DNA from: Lama guanicoe
Lineage: Eukaryota
DNA length: 64,000 bases
Direction: 5' to 3'
Assembly: GCA_013239625.1 (NCBI GenBank)
Contig: MU053758.1
Coordinates: 2,915,854 to 2,979,853, forward strand
Part shown: positions 63,262-64,000 of the stretch, piece by piece
Numbering within the stretch: the first letter of the stretch is position 1
Layout of the letters: each line of letters begins with the position of its first letter
The notes under the pieces: generated by a model
The model's database searches: none
Told to the model about the DNA's origin: nothing
What the model saw: the letters and a program-made list of their open reading frames with translations, nothing else
Program-made: the position numbers and the translations under genes

Positions 63262-63444
63262 CTTAATTTTCTTTTTGATTTTCTTTTCAGCCTCTGCTTT
63301 CATCTCTATGGTCACTTGGGGGATGACTCTTTTTCCACATGGAGAAGGCAAAACTTCAGCCATTTGCGTTTTTTTTCCCTTTGCCTTCCCTCCTTTCCCA
63401 GGAAGTCCTATTTGTTCATCTTGTTTTTCCTTTGCTTCAACAGC
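63262..63444 (-). CDS. TOP2A: DNA topoisomerase II alpha internal exon (about exon 28, human numbering)
   Basis: tgtag|AVEAKEKQDEQIGLPGKGGKAKGKKTQMAEVLPSPCGKRVIPQVTIEMKAEAEKKIKKKIK|gtaatg; 183 nt. Confidence 0.95.
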
Positions 63445-64000
63445 CTACAAAATGTTGATATACGAAAGCAAACTTACAAGCTAACAAAGACATTATAGCA
63501 TTTATTCTACTTTATAGGGACAGAATAAAAGGCAAGTTAAACTGATATCCGTTTGTTACATCTTAAGGTAAATTTGTGACAAGCTGTTCTATAACTAAGT
63601 ATACCACCAATAATAGTGAAGATATAACTAAGGCACACTTTGAAAAGTGTGCTGAGTGAGACAGAAGATTTGGTTCTACATTTGAGGATAAAAAGGGGGA
63701 AACTGGGTGAAGGATAAAATACATACATACAGGTATACATATCTGTAAACTCAAGAAATAAGAAAGGGTGTGATTCCAGTAATGCACATTAGCCAATCAA
63801 CTGATTACAAGTTAGACATCCATACTGAAGTGCAATAATATAAATCTGCCTGTTAGCCTTTTAGCTTAATTTAGGAAATATTTTTTCTTAGAATGTTGGA
63901 AAACAAACCACATTAGCAATTGTAGTAACAAAAGATCCCCTGAAACTACTGAGTACCCTGAGGGTAAATTGTCTTTTAAGGTTTATTTGGGGGACTGGGT

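Overview
Mammalian genomic DNA from the RARA-GJD3-TOP2A synteny block. It is probably a camelid, inferred from Vic-1-like tRNA-derived SINEs and the lack of Alu or Bov-tA elements. The + strand carries the full RARA coding region. RARA1 exons 2-9 add up to 1389 nt (462 aa), with all splice phases consistent. The alternative RARA2 first exon lies in a CpG island with a DR5 RARE. The - strand carries the intronless GJD3 (Cx31.9) CDS of 291 aa and the last eight coding exons plus 3'UTR of TOP2A. The GJD3-TOP2A interval is repeat-rich. It holds a young 5'-truncated L1 with an open 1090-codon ORF2 segment and 12-bp TSDs, an old two-LTR ERV1-like remnant with PBS, PPT and TSD, SINEs (two stacked in one target site), MLT2, MER elements and microsatellites. 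I see no convincing novel multi-gene system. The best leads are a candidate third in-frame RARA first exon (20288-20423), lineage changes in the TOP2A C-terminal domain (shifted acceptor, lost S-P motifs), a palindromic bidirectional poly(A) signal at the RARA 3' end, a predicted non-coding first exon for GJD3, and several intronic motif clusters. Comparisons with human or mouse sequences and repeat-family names are from memory and need checking.
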